A stretch of DNA of 63,044 nucleotides, filler included, from Octopus bimaculoides (GCF_001194135.2; 8 parts of 7 records of this genome joined end to end with filler, not necessarily neighbours in it), one strand, 5' to 3'. Shown: positions 40,280 to 54,034, counted from the whole stretch's first letter. Notes: generated by a model from the letters alone, not told the origin. Numbers and translations: made by a program.

Positions 40280-40796
40280 CCTGCATGTATCAAACTAAAA
40301 ACTATTTTGCTCTTTGCCTTTTAGTTAAACTTTTTCTGCATGTTTTTATTTTGTTTTATTGTTTCTTCTTGTTATATTTGTTGTTTGTATAATCTTCTTG
40401 TTCTTCATTCTCTACGCTCAACGAAGCATGACATGATAAATGAATGCAACTGCGCCATCTCATTGAACCAAAACAAACCACTTAATTTCTGGTTCTTCAA
40501 TGGACTCTAAGTTTTCTGTTGGAGATATCTTCGCTAATTAACAATTACTTTGCTTATTCAATTATCGTTGCTGTCATACAAACGAATCGTTGTTTCATAA
40601 AGTTCACAGATTTTGATAAGTTCCAATACCGACGTGAGACAAGAAATCTGACGTTTCTAGGAAATGTCTTCACGAGAGAAAGAAAACTATTTTTAACTTA
40701 ATGGTGATACAACTTATATTCATACTGCTGTCTTTGTGATGAGCTCAGATTCAGTCTCTCTCTTTTCTCTCTCTCCTTCCCTTACTCCTTCCCTTA

Positions 40797-40855
<59 letters not shown>

Positions 40856-41555
40856 TCTCTCTCTTTGACGAACAACTCATATTTATTGTCTTCTCTCCCC
40901 ACACACATCCAAAAATTTGAGAGCTCCATTAAACGGATTTTACTCATGTGGACCTACCCTCACTAGTTTCTTCAATCTCTGGTTTTTCTGTCATTGTATC
41001 GCCACACATTGCTTCTTGAAGAAGAAACGTGGATAATGGAATCGAGGGTCAATGGTCTCTGCCATGTCAGTGCCATTTTCGTCTCTCTATATCCGAGACA
41101 TTTAAACCTCACCCGTTTCAGGTCACCATGGTTTAGTCATTCTGTACGAGAGAATCGCTGTAAACGCTATTAAAATAAGGAGCATTTTGTTGACCTGCAG
41201 TGCTGAGCTCAACTCCCCAAACAGCTTACAACGTTCTGGACTTTATTACTTTCTCCTACATGGCTGTTTCATAATGAAAGCGCTACTTTTCCAACATTCG
41301 GACTGACTTGTTGAACAAATTTCCATTATTCATTTTCTGTGTTTCCTTATTTTCATCACGTTTTGTTTTTGGCGATTTTCGTCAAACTCGAATATTTTTA
41401 CATGGAGTCGATAGTATTGTCCACTGTTCGAACGTTCGAACCATTCATCTGTAAGCAGGAGGCTCGAGGAGACTTCGTACACGAAACATCTGGTGCTATA
41501 CATTGTCTTTCTCGCAAAAGAAACACTTAACTTTGCCAAATTCCTGTGTAAGCTA

Positions 41556-42892
41556 TTAGGTTGTCAAGAAAGTACTTGCGGAAATTTAAATTTTGGTTTT
41601 AGATTATGTATTTTCAAATTAATTTCCGTTAAATTACTTCGACTTTATACATCATTTTAAAACCCGTTTTTCGCTCTATCTAATCGTGTTACTCTTTTTC
41701 TTTATGAATAATTAGGCCATTTTTTCCGGAACGTTGAATGCAACATGAACAAAAAGCAAATTCACACAATTTTCTTATTCCAGTTCAAGCTAGGCTGAAA
41801 AACTGTTGAAACAGCTCGCGATATCAACGATGCGTTTGGACCAGGAACCACAATGGTGGTTCAAGAAATTTCGTAGCGGTGACGAGATGATAAGCGTAGT
41901 GGTCGGCCATCGGAAGTTGGCAACGATCAACTAAGAGCCTTAGTCGAAGCGAATCCACGCACAACTGTTCGAGAGCTTGCTTCTGAATTAGACGTAACGT
42001 ATACGACAATTTCCAACCACTTGAAAGAGATNNNNNNNNNNNNNNNNNNNNNNNNNNNNNNNNNNNNNNNNNNNNNNNNNNNNNNNNNNNNNNNNNNNNN
42101 NNNNNNNNNNNNNNNNNNNNNNNNNNNNNNNNNNNNNNNNNNNNNNNNNNNNNNNNNNNNNNNNNNNNNNNNNNNNNNNNNNNNNNNNNNNNNNNNNNNN
42201 NNNNNNNNNNNNNNNNNNNNNNNNNNNNNNNNNNNNNNNNNNNNNNNNNNNNNNNNNNNNNNNNNNNNNNNNNNNNNNNNNNNNNNNNNNNNNNNNNNNN
42301 NNNNNNNNNNNNNNNNNNNNNNNNNNNNNNNNNNNNNNNNNNNNNNNNNNNNNNNNNNNNNNNNNNNNNNNNNNNNNNNNNNNNNNNNNNNNNNNNNNNN
42401 NNNNNNNNNNNNNNNNNNNNNNNNNNNNNNNNNNNNCTGTCAACAAATGGATGAAATGCATAAGAAACTCCGACAACAACAGCCAGCTTTAGTCAATAGT
42501 AAAGGATCAATTTTTCTCCACGACAACGCTCGGCCGCACGTCGCACAACTGACCCTGCAGAAGTTGAACGAATTGGACTACGAAACTCTGCCTCATCCGC
42601 CATACTCACCAGACTTCTCGCCTACCAACTGCCACTTTTTCAAGCATCTCGACAACTTCCTGCGTGAGAAATGCTTCAAAAACCAAGACTATGCCAAACA
42701 CGCCTTCAACGACTTCCTCGCCACCAGAACGCAAGTTTTTTACGTTACTGGCATAAATAAACGTGTTTCGCGTTGGCAAAAATGTGTTGATTATGATGGT
42801 GTTTATTTCGATTAATAAAGTTTTGTTTGAGCCGAGATATGTGCACCTGAATTTAAAGGTAAAAAACCACAAGAACTTTTTTGACAACCTAA
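41556..42892 (+). mobile_element. Full-span Hsmar1-like mariner (1337 bp, TA TSD, TIRs); transposase pseudogene 41745-42815
   Basis: TA|TTAGGTTGTCAAGAAAG...CTTTTTTGACAACCTAA|TA. N-terminus MNKKQIHTIFLFQFKLG* and C-terminus HDNARPH...HPPYSPDFSP...RWQKCVD..G.YFD. Contains an in-frame stop and a frameshift; the middle is a gap. Confidence 0.92.
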
Positions 42893-43812
42893 TAATATTA
42901 TAGATTTCTGCCTTTTTGTTCCATGGCTACATTTAATGATGCATTTTTGCTTGTTGAGGTCGACAATAAAATATCTTTGTGGTTCTTTGCCACCAGAAAT
43001 AGAAACCAAATCTCCAACTCGTATCGAGCTTTCTTAAACAAAAGAATATATTGGAAAACATAAACCTACATTCGTTGTTTAAAAGGACAAAATGGCTACG
43101 GATGGAACCTCTTTTTATCCTAGGTGTGATTAATCGTGTCTGAACTGAGGCGATGCAACAACAACGAATGCTTTCCAAGAATGAAATGAACAGCAAATAG
43201 TAAACTAAAGAAATAATAAAGTTGAGGCGATGAAGAGAAAAAAGTCATCGAGTTCCTGTTTGCGATGCTTGCAAAAAAAAACAAAACAAAAAAAAAGTTG
43301 TGCAGACTTTGTTTACTTGTTCTTAGACAAAGAAGAAGAGAAAAAAGAAGAAGAGAAAGACAGACGTCAAAATGTACCATTATTCGGTTGTATTTCAATT
43401 TCCTACAATCATTCCGGCAACTGATTGTCTAAATGTAAAGACTATTAAACTTCCTCTGACCATATACGGCCTTCAATACGCACGCATGCACAATACAGGC
43501 ATATATACATACATACATACATACATAGGTATATACATTCATACATATACATATATATGTGTATATATATGTGTGTATATGTATATATATATATATACAC
43601 ACACACACATATCAATATATACGAGATGCGTGTGTAATAAACGAACTTATATATGCACATTATAAATGTGCATCCTGTTTTATACTATACTTCCGTGCAC
43701 AAGATGTGATTATAATATCCGGTGATGTATACAACTTCCGGTCTAAAGACAGAGACGGAACATGAAATAAATACAGAGAATAGTGCAAGAGATTGTTTTT
43801 TTATTGCCGCAC

Positions 43813-43861
<49 letters not shown>

Positions 43862-43922
43862 TTATATATGCACGCATACACATATATACATACATGTATA
43901 TATATACATACATATAATTATT

Positions 43923-43958
<36 letters not shown>

Positions 43959-44012
43959 NNNNNNNNNNNNNNNNNNNNNNNNNNNNNNNNNNNNNNNNNN
44001 NNNNNNNNNNNN

Positions 44013-44056
<44 letters not shown>

Positions 44057-44982
44057 CATACATACATACCAGAAGAGCTGCTAATAGTCTCATGCTTTTA
44101 TGATACTTGATAATTATTTTCTCAAGTATTATACAGCTCGTTGTTATTGTTGTTGTACATGGAAATTTACCCGTTTTCTTCCTCTCGTTTATTTTACGTC
44201 ACTTTAGCAATTTTCTTGTTTACTTTGTTGTGTATCTTCATACTACGCATGAGCAAAGTTGTGCTTAAACGCATTGAAGTCGTAATAATCTCATCTTTGT
44301 TGAATCACATTGTTTAACGTGTTCAATTTGAGAACAATGATCCTGGTTTGTGAGCTATTACTAGGTCTCTCTTTCTTATCCTCGCTCTACACTAAAATAA
44401 TGACATCACTATAACATAAAATAGGTTTGACTGAAAGAAATTTCAGCAGTTACTACGGCAGCCACACTTCATCTGTCCAAAACGAAGAAAAAAGAATTTC
44501 TCAAGTTCCGTGTGAAAGTTGAAAAATTAAAGATTATTTATATCTGGAAACTGACGCGGAATTAATATTTCTAACACCAGTTGCGATATAAAGAAGCAAA
44601 ACAAACCATACGACAATGCTTCCAAGATCTTACATGTCAAGAAGAAATTTTTTTAGATAAGCGCAAGACCCAAAATAGTTTCATAAATAAGAAATCTGAA
44701 ATGTTGACCAAGTGCAGACATATTAATAAATTCTTCCTAGTTAATTTTTATCGAATGATGCAATTCGCTTAATGTATGATGATCTTGCTTCTAACTTTAC
44801 AGCATATTGGCTTTTTATATTTCCTAGTTTATACCCCAAGTGTTCACAGACTTCCAGTGCAGCTGAAAGAAATCACACAGCAGATTAATACACATAAAAA
44901 TACCTAAAATTGCTCAATAGTCTCCTGTAGAGAAAAATGTTTCGTATCTGGAGATAAATCTTTATGTGTAGTAATCCGAAAC

Positions 44983-45120
44983 TAGTACTTAATTTATCGA
45001 CCCCGAAAGGATGAAAGGTAAAGTCGACCTCGGCGGAATTTGAACTCAGAACGTAGAGACAGATGAAATACTGCTAAGCATTTCGCCCGGCGTGCTGACG
45101 TTTCTGCCAGCCCGCCGCCG
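44983..45120 (-). mobile_element. SINE family C. Other copies at about 5060-5215(-), 21540-21775(-), 28088-28263(+), 28378-28550(+), 28580-28765(+), 32742-32888(-), 56512-56700(+), 56728-56925(+)
   Basis: Recurrent ggcggcgagctggcagaaacgttagcacgccgggcgaaatgcttagc...gttctgagttcaaattccgcc...cctttcggggtcgat. Confidence 0.8.
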
Positions 45121-47107
45121 TAGGTTCATAGCGATTATTATTGGAACAATAAGATGCATATCAATCCGTCTTCAGCAAAATAAGGCTGAAGTTGGGATTT
45201 TGGGGAGAAATGCAAATCCTTAAATTATAGCTACAAATGATCTCGATATCTGGGATTATAGAAATTCTGCAGGACCTTCTTAAGATTCAAAGGATGATGG
45301 TTAAAACAAGATGCTTTCCTTCACAATTTTACTATCAAGGAGGAGGCAGATCAAAATTTGCTCTAAATTAGAAATACCACATACCTACACACATACATAC
45401 ATACATACATACATACATACAGGCATACATACATACAGGCATACAGACATGTATGTCTGTTTTTGTGTCTGACAACCTACTGACTCGTGTTTGTGTAATC
45501 AATCATCGTCATAGACTTAAGACACGGATTTCCCAAATCATCAAACGCGTCATAAAGAGGCTAATTTTATGAAATGTCGACATTTATATGATGTCTTTAA
45601 GATATTCGCACATACTTGTCATTTGGGCAACTTTGAATCTCTTTCTCTCTCTCCCCCTCTCCCCCTCTCTCCCTATATCTGTCTCTACCCTTCTCTCTCC
45701 CTCCCTCTATTTCTCTCACTACACACACACACACACACACACACATATGCATATATGTATATGTATATATATATAGGCGCAGGAATGACTGTGTGGTAAG
45801 TAGCTTGCTTAACGACCACATGGTCCTGGGTTCAGTGCCACTGCGTGGCACCTTGGGCAAGTGTCTTCTATAGCCTCGGGCCGACCAAAGTCTTGTGAGT
45901 AGATGTGGTAGACGGAAACTGGAAGAAGCCCGTCGTATATGTATATACATATATATATGTATGTGTGTGTCTATGTTTCACATACACTCACTCACACACA
46001 TGCACACACATGCACACATGCACACACATGCATACATGCCCGCATACATACATGCATGCATAAAGAGACACAACTGCGTAACCCGTTTGTGTCACGTTGA
46101 TGCGTTCTACAACCTGAGGAAAATCAATGCAGAAACGAGTGTGTGTGTGTGTATAGATATCTATGTGTGTATCTATGTATATCCGTATGTATGTGAATGT
46201 GTTTGTATGTAACCTCATTAATAAACCTTTTGTTTCCTTTAATCGTCAACGTCGCAGTACCTTTCTCTCTATTTTCCCCAAAAACTGAAAAGAATTTTTT
46301 TGGTTCCAGATTGTAAATATTATAAAATCAGAAGAATAGCAGAATCGATAGAGCCGCAAACACAATGCCACGCCATTTCCATATTCTTTACTTTCAGATC
46401 CCGCCAGATCCCACTGTCTTTCATCCTTCAAAGCTCAATAAAATATGGTACCAGTGAAGCAATAGTGAGAGATCGTAATCGACGAGAACCTTCCAAAAGG
46501 AAAAAAAAAACAAAAAGGGTTAAGGCCTGGTGCCTTCCACAGAAATGAAAATCTGTGTGTGTCTGTTTGTATGCACTGTGTATACACACGCACACACACT
46601 CACGCACATACACACGCACGCACACACACATTGTAAACGACTTAAGTTGTACTTAAGTGTGTATATATANNNNNNNNNNNNNNNNNNNNNNNNNNNNNNN
46701 NNNNNNNNNNNNNTTAATTAATTAANNNNNNNNNNNNNNNNNNNNNNNNNNNNNNNNNNNNNNNNNNNNATATATATGTTTATGTCTGTGCGCCTTTAGG
46801 TTTTTGTTTGTTCCCCTCCCACATTCCAGTCAGTGTTGGTTTGCTTACGCTCCCGTAACGTAACGGCTTGACAAAAAGTAAAAAAGAGACCAATAGAAGA
46901 AGTACCAAGCCTTGTTTGTGAGTTCTTTATGGTGCTAAAGAGATTGTTATAAATTTGCTAAACTATCCTCAGTGTTATTTGTATCACACTGGAACATGTC
47001 ACGTGAGGATATGTATAAGTGCTGTACTGTAAAGAAAGCACGATATACATACATACATTAGTACATATGCACGCACACACACACACACATATATATATAT
47101 TTATATA

Positions 47108-47660
47108 CAGGGGTTGGACAAAATAATGGAAACCCCTTAAAATTTCAAACTAGGAGGTATGGACTCGTACAAAGTTTGAATTGTTTCCAGAGGAATTTTT
47201 ATCCATTCTTCAGCTAAAACAGTCTCCAGCTCTTGTAGTGATGATGGTGGAGGATATCGACTCCTTACTTGTTTTTTTCTAAAATGCACCATAAATGTTC
47301 AATACTATCGATATCTGAGGACTGTGGTGACCAGATATAATGTTCAACTTCACTAGAATGTTCTTCGTGCCATTCAGTAACAACTTTAGCTGTGTGAATT
47401 GGTGCATTATCATCCTGAAAGATTGCATTTCCCTCTAGAAACAGTTCCGCAACCATAGGATGAATTTGATCAGATAAAATGCTTAAACTGTCTTGACTAT
47501 TAATTCTGCTATAAAGGAAAACCATTGGGCNNNNNNNNNNGATCATCGCAAATCCTCCATGTTTAACAGTTGGAAGAAGGCAGCCTGGGTCAAATGCTTC
47601 TCTGAGCTGTCTCCACACTTATACTCGGCTGGTGGTCGGAAATAAGGTAAAGGATGACAA
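47108..47660 (-). mobile_element. Tc1-like transposon 3' fragment with one TIR; 36 residues between 2nd D and E
   Basis: TA|CAGGGGTTGGACAAAATAATGGAAAC TIR; ORF TVKHGG...FQDDNAPIH...WSPQSSDIDSIEHLW. Confidence 0.85.
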
Positions 47661-48388
47661 ATTTATTTATACCATGCAAAATGTAATATTTTGAAAAATG
47701 TTTGTGCGGTTGCCATGAAAACAGTACGTTTATGGTAAAATTTGCAAATAAGTTTTGGCATTGATATCTCCATAACTCATGGTCAGATTTTACTCAAATT
47801 TGTTTTAAATGAAAGATCTTAGGTAGATCTACGACATGTTATTAAATTCATATATTGACTTAGGACAGAGGTTAGATTGATAGTAAAATCAATGTCCTTG
47901 CCTGACAACTTCTTGTAAGAAAGTTCACGCAATGTGGAACGCACACGTATTTATACAACGTAACCATTGGCAACTGGTCACTATATTGATATTGCTTCTG
48001 TAATAAATGGAAGGAGAAATGATCAGTGAGCAAAAGAGAAAAATAAAGAAAAATGAATGGGTTATTTCCCCTTGGCCTTTAAAGGAAAGTATATGGATTA
48101 TATCTGGACCCCTTCTAGGGGCCCTAGCCGTCCAATTATAGATTTTTATTAAACTGCAATGAGTCTAGTAACAAACTGGATGTTGGTTTAACATGTATGC
48201 AAAGTTACATGAAGATAAAAAAATATCCTTAATGTATCATTCTACGAAATACCAGAATATGTAGTACGCTACAGGGTTCTCACCCTCTGTCCTTTCGTAA
48301 TAAAACTGTAAGAATCAACAAATTGAATGAATAAAATGTTTGTTTGTTTACGTTCATCGTAATTTGAATTTAATATATATATATTTAT

Positions 48389-48472
<84 letters not shown>

Positions 48473-48637
48473 ATGTGTGTATGTGTGTGTGTGTATGTGT
48501 GTGTGTGTGTGTGTGTGAGTGTGTATATATATACATATATATATATATTCTTTTGTTTCTCTGTCTGTTCCCAATGCATTCTCAAACGGCTCAACCAAAT
48601 CAAATCACTCAGAATATTGATAAATTGTTTCGTTTAC

Positions 48638-48772
48638 CTTTTCGCTGAAAAAGCGTATAGACTATTAGTAAAGATTTCCAGGGAACACATTGATGGGTAG
48701 ACGATATAAACGCTCTCACCAAGAGCCTCCGACATTAGCATAATACCGTTTGCTGATGTCATGTCTACAGCC
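48638..48772 (-). CDS. SLC22-like exon 6 ((W)AVDMTSANGIMLMSEALGESVYIVYPSMCSLEIFTNSLYAFSAK(R)); not in the ORF track
   Basis: Strong acceptor tttcttttctttgattttatag|G and donor AAAG|GTAAAC; 135 nt, phase 2-2; aligns by eye to family TM7-TM8 (W...GL.L....LGG.IY......L.EI........DR). Confidence 0.8.
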
Positions 48773-51700
48773 CTATAAAATCAAAGAAAAGAAATATATT
48801 AATTACAAATGAACTACGTTACAAATTCCATCCTACCCACATTTAAAAATAATAGAGTTAATAACACGTTGTTAGTGGCAATTGAACTTCACTTTTTAGG
48901 GGCTGTTTTAACGCATGAAAGCATGGAGTAGATATTTATTATTCTCCTGACTAAAGGACAAACAGACTGAAAGAAGCATAAATATACAAACCCATTAATC
49001 CACACACACACATACACGCACGCACACACACGCGTGCGCACGCACACACATCGACATACACAAACGCACACACACATACATACACACAACAATACACACA
49101 AACACAAGTTCTGTATATTCAATATCTAGAGGAGATGTGGAGGCGCAATGGCCCAGTGGTTAGGGCAGCGGACTCGCGGTCATAGGATCGCGGTTTCGAT
49201 TCCCAGACCGGGCGTTGTGGGTGTTTATTGAGCGAAAACACCTACAAGCTCCACGAGGCTCTGGCAGGGGATGGTGGAGAACCCTGCTGTACTCTTTCAC
49301 CACAACTTTTTCTCACTCTTACTTCCTGTTTCTGTTGTGCCTGTAATTCAAAGGGTCAGCCTTGTCACTCTGTGTCACGCTGAATATCTCCGAGAACAAC
49401 GTTAAGGATACACGTGTCTGTGGAGTGCTCAGCCACTTGCACGTTAATTTCANNNNNNNNNNNNNNNNNNNNNNNNNNNNNNNNNNNNNNNNNNNNNNNN
49501 NNNNNNNNNNNNNNNNNNNNNNNNNNNNNNNNNNNNNNNNNNNNNNNNNNNNNNNNNNNNNNNNNNNNNNNNNNNNNNNNNNNNNNNNNNNNNNNNNNNN
49601 NNNNNNNNNNNNNNNNNNNNNNNNNNNNNNNNNNNNNNNNNNNNNNNNNNNNNNNNNNNNNNNNNNNNNNNNNNNNNNNNNNNNNNNNNNNNNNNNNNNN
49701 NNNNNNNNNNNNNNNNNNNNNNNNNNNNNNNNNNNNNNNNNNNNNNNNNNNNNNNNNNNNNNNNNNNNNNNNNNNNNNNNNNNNNNNNNNNNNNNNNNNN
49801 NNNNNNNNNNNNNNNNNNNNNNNNNNNNNNNNNNNNNNNNNNNNNNNNNNNNNNNNNNNNNNNNNNNNNNNNNNNNNNNNNNNNNNNNNNNNTAACAATG
49901 GAGCTTCTTTTTCAACTTCTAGTTGTGAATGATCGACAACTGCTTTGACTTTTGCCTCGACATTAGACTCACAGTTTCGGCCGTCGAGATTAGTTTCGTT
50001 CACAGGACTAGATGCTTGTTGTGTTGAAGTATCTTTTAAAGCAATATGCCAAACAGTGTCAAAGTCAACTTTGTTTTGTTTAGCTGCTTTTTTGACAATC
50101 TTCTCAGCTGTATTTATTTTCGAAGTGGCAATTAACCACCGCACAGATTCCTGCAGGAAACTGCAATCATAGAAAGATAAACGTGATATAATAACTGTGT
50201 TGTCAGATGGTATTGAAATTTGTGTGTATGTGCGTGTGCGCGCACGCGCGTACGTGTATGTGTGCACTCATGGTCTCGCTTAGTTTAATTTAGATTGTAT
50301 TGCGTTCGATCATGTCTACTAAAAATATATGTTGTTTGAATGTACATACGTATGAATATATAAAAGTAATAGCTATATTGTACTTATGTTATATACAAGC
50401 ATTCTTTTTAAGTTTTACGTAGAAGGAGCCATCCACAGCTGGTCTACAATGCGATTCTTTAATGTATGCAGATTTGTGCCTTCTATTTTCATCAGGCACA
50501 ACAAATATGACTACTCAGAACAAATTGAGGACTAGTGTGACCTAATGTGAATATAGAGTATAAAAGGTGTGAAGATCAGAAAAGGCGAATACATTGTCAG
50601 CTGATCAGCAGGTGAAATAAATTAATAAAAGACTGAACCAGTGCGTGTGTTTATTACCGGCATAATGCCTCTCCCAAGGTTTAATTAGTCTTTTATTAAT
50701 TTATATAGTCTTTTGTTAAATTATTTCATTGCACTCTTGCAATCTCTTCAGTAACTTGTTTAAATNNNNNNNNNNNNNNNNNNNNNNNNNNNNNNNNNNN
50801 NNNNNNNNNNNNNNNNNNNNNNNNNNNNNNNNNNNNNNNNNNNNNNNNNNNNNNNNNNNNNNNNNNNNNNNNNNNNNNNNNNNNNNNNNNNNNNNNNNNN
50901 NNNNNNNNNNNNNNNNNNNNNNNNNNNNNNNNNNNNNNNNNNNNNNNNNNNNNNNNNNNNNNNNNNNNNNNNNNNNNNNNNNNNNNNNNNNNNNNNNNNN
51001 NNNNNNNNNNNNNNNNNNNNNNNNNNNNNNNNNNNNNNNNNNNNNNNNNNNNNNNNNNNNNNNNNNNNNNNNNNNNNNNNNNNNNNNNNNNNNNNNNNNN
51101 NNNNNNNNNNNNNNNNNNNNNNNNNNNNNNNNNNNNNNNNNNNNNNNNNNNNNNNNNNNNNNNNNNNNNNNNNNNNNNNNNNNNNNNNNNNNNNNNNNNN
51201 NNNNNNNNNNNNNNNNNNNNNNNNTATATATAGGAGCACCTCGTCGGTTACGACGACGAGGGTCCCAGCTAATACGATGAACGGAACAGCTTGCTCGTGA
51301 AATTAACCTGTAAGTGGCTGAGCACTCCAACAGACACGTGTACCCTTGACGCAGTTGTCAGGGAGATTCAGCGTGACACAGAGTGTAACAAGGCTGGCCT
51401 TTTGAAATACAGGTACTACTCATTTTTGCTTGGAGCAACATGAAATAAAGTGTTTTGCTCAAGGACACAACGCGTTGCCGGGAATTGAACTCACGACTTT
51501 ACGATCATAAGCCGAATGCCCTAACCACTAAGCCAAGCGAGGAAATTTAAATAAAATTTTAAGAAATAACAAGAAGGTCATTGTGTTAAGATATATTCTT
51601 CGGATATGGATATGCTATTTTGGAATAATGTCACGTAATTTTGTACAAAAAAGTCTCTTCTTCAGATTAGATTCAGATGATAGAAAACATCAATGAGAAA

Positions 51701-54034
51701 GATTTAGTGTTGCTCATTCATTTTAATAATTGCGACTTAGAATTTTTTAATTATCCTGTGTAGTATCTAACTTAGTTGAAGACTTGCAATGTGAGAATTT
51801 GTTTACGTGTTGAGTGTGTACTCGGGTGTGAGAGCGGAGGAATCGGTTAAAGAAACTTCACATTGTTTAGGTAATTTCTGGAACTTTTCAACCTTACTAA
51901 TATATGTGACTTCTCTACTGTAAAAAAGCTGAAATTCCCTTGTCATGTTTGCGAATGGTTTGGCTATTTTGAGAACTCTCCAACTTATATCTTAATTTGT
52001 GTTAAGCTTTCCCAATTTCCAAATATGGTGTGACAGTTGTGTGAAATTTACCAGTCACTGTACATGAAGGATGTGCTCTAGTTATAAGGCTTTTGTTTAA
52101 ATTTACTTTCAACCATGCTTATGGATCGTCTATTCTAAACTAGTGGTATGGTCTAAAAGGCATGTTTCATTCCTCCTACATGAACAACCTGAACACAAAA
52201 TAGGAAAGGCAGCTGTAAATCAGAGAATTAAATGCTTTCTCTGGACCTATTCCAGTGCGGTGTGTTGATAGAGCATAAAATGCCATTTCTGAAACCGCTG
52301 TTAAAACTGTATTGTGGTATAGAGTTCTCCCCTTCCCCAGTCAGAAATTTTCTTCAAGGAAGATAGACGATAAATTCTCCTACTTAGGTTATTCAAAAAG
52401 TTTTATTGGACTACTTATCTATATAACTTAATACTGGATTTTGTTTGTGGAAAGTTTTGTAAATATATATTTGATTTTAAGCCAGGAAAGACATCAGAGA
52501 AGTTCTCGTTAGAGGGAGTGCAATTTTAAGACTTAGGTTATTGATAACCGCTATTCACTTTGTAAATGTAGCTAGCATGACCGTCATTACGATATGACAC
52601 CTCTAAACCTCCCTCTATGTTCAAATCGATGTTGCAACTAGTAATCATATTCGTTAATAGGCCCAATATATACTACGCGAATAATTCGCATATACACATG
52701 TTATAGAACCCATACTGCCGTCAAGTGTGTCTGTAGATTCTAATATTTGAAAACCAAATTGATCCCTTTCCACAGGGCAAAGTTTTATTTCATGCATTAT
52801 TACTTCGAGGTTCGTTTCATTTGTGCTAAATCATTTCCTTGCAAATTCTAGATTCTTATGTATGTATGTGTATATAATGGCTAGAAACCTGGTTCTTACA
52901 AGAAATCCACAATAAAATATCCCGAGAGGGCAGCATTAAATAGGAATAACATGTTCCAACTGTAATCCTTCAACATATAGCCTATGACACCGACAAGACA
53001 ATTACCAACGCTCCAGACATTCATAAATAAACCAGTCATAATGATACGCTTTTCTTTGGGGTATAATTCACAAACCAAAGTTGTAGAGCTAAGAAGAAAT
53101 GCCTGAAAAAGAAAATAGTAAAGAAAATTTCTAACGTAAATTGAAAGTGGATAAGATACTGCAACAAGTTCATATAGCTTTCGAGTAGTGAAGACCGTTG
53201 GAATTTTAACGTGTTATTTATTCCACACAATCAATGTTATATGCTTAATTAACAATATATTGGATTTCTAGGGTTAACGATTGCTGAGTTTATCGGGTCA
53301 TTTTCAACAAGTTAGTTGGTTATACGCATATGTCATGGCAACAATGCAGTACGTATCAACAAGACAGTTATTCACCACGTTAACATTCCACCTTGTTGCA
53401 AATAAGTATCATAGTTTACATGTAATTCGCTGTGGCAAACAAGGTAGAACACTACTATTGTAAATGAGGATTTATATCGGATCAGAAATGTGATATATGT
53501 TGTAAGGACATCATCTCTCCAAGCTTATATTTACCTCTCTAATCCATATTACGGTTCGCACATTTTAAAGCTTACTTGTACTTTATACACATCTGTAAAA
53601 TGATGTCTTAGGTGATGTCTCACTTCTACATACAATGCTATAAGACTCACCATTCAGTGTATTTATAAATGAAGCACAAAGCTTGTAATATAGAAATCTT
53701 TACGTATAGCAAAATTCCTCTCTTCCTCCTTCACATTCACACACGCGTACTTTATATATATATATATACAAATTCGTGAGTAAGAATTAGCTATCTCACA
53801 TCAATTATACATTAGTTAGGGTACATGAATATATATATTTGTCGAAATACGATATTGGTCATTCATATACGGTAACTATGAAGTTTGATTCATAAAACTG
53901 TCTAAATGATAGTATGACATTATAACATGTTTTTATAGACAGCACTCATAAACTCATAAACGGTCTTGCTTCATGCTAACACATTTTTTAAATACAAATC
54001 TGATACAATTAAGAACACATATATATGTGTGTGT

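Noticed and set aside
40645-40680. Minus-strand GAAACGTCAGA with upstream TGAAGA
   Set aside because: No helix II and a broken C3; at best a heavily decayed motif.
40940-41165. Possible minus-strand exons (MTEKPEIEETSE+G donor; 41115-41160)
   Set aside because: Splice-like signals exist, but I could not build a recognisable spliced protein.
49137-49215. tRNA gene
   Set aside because: Box A and B are present, but the sequence continues into a multi-copy SINE body and has no full cloverleaf.
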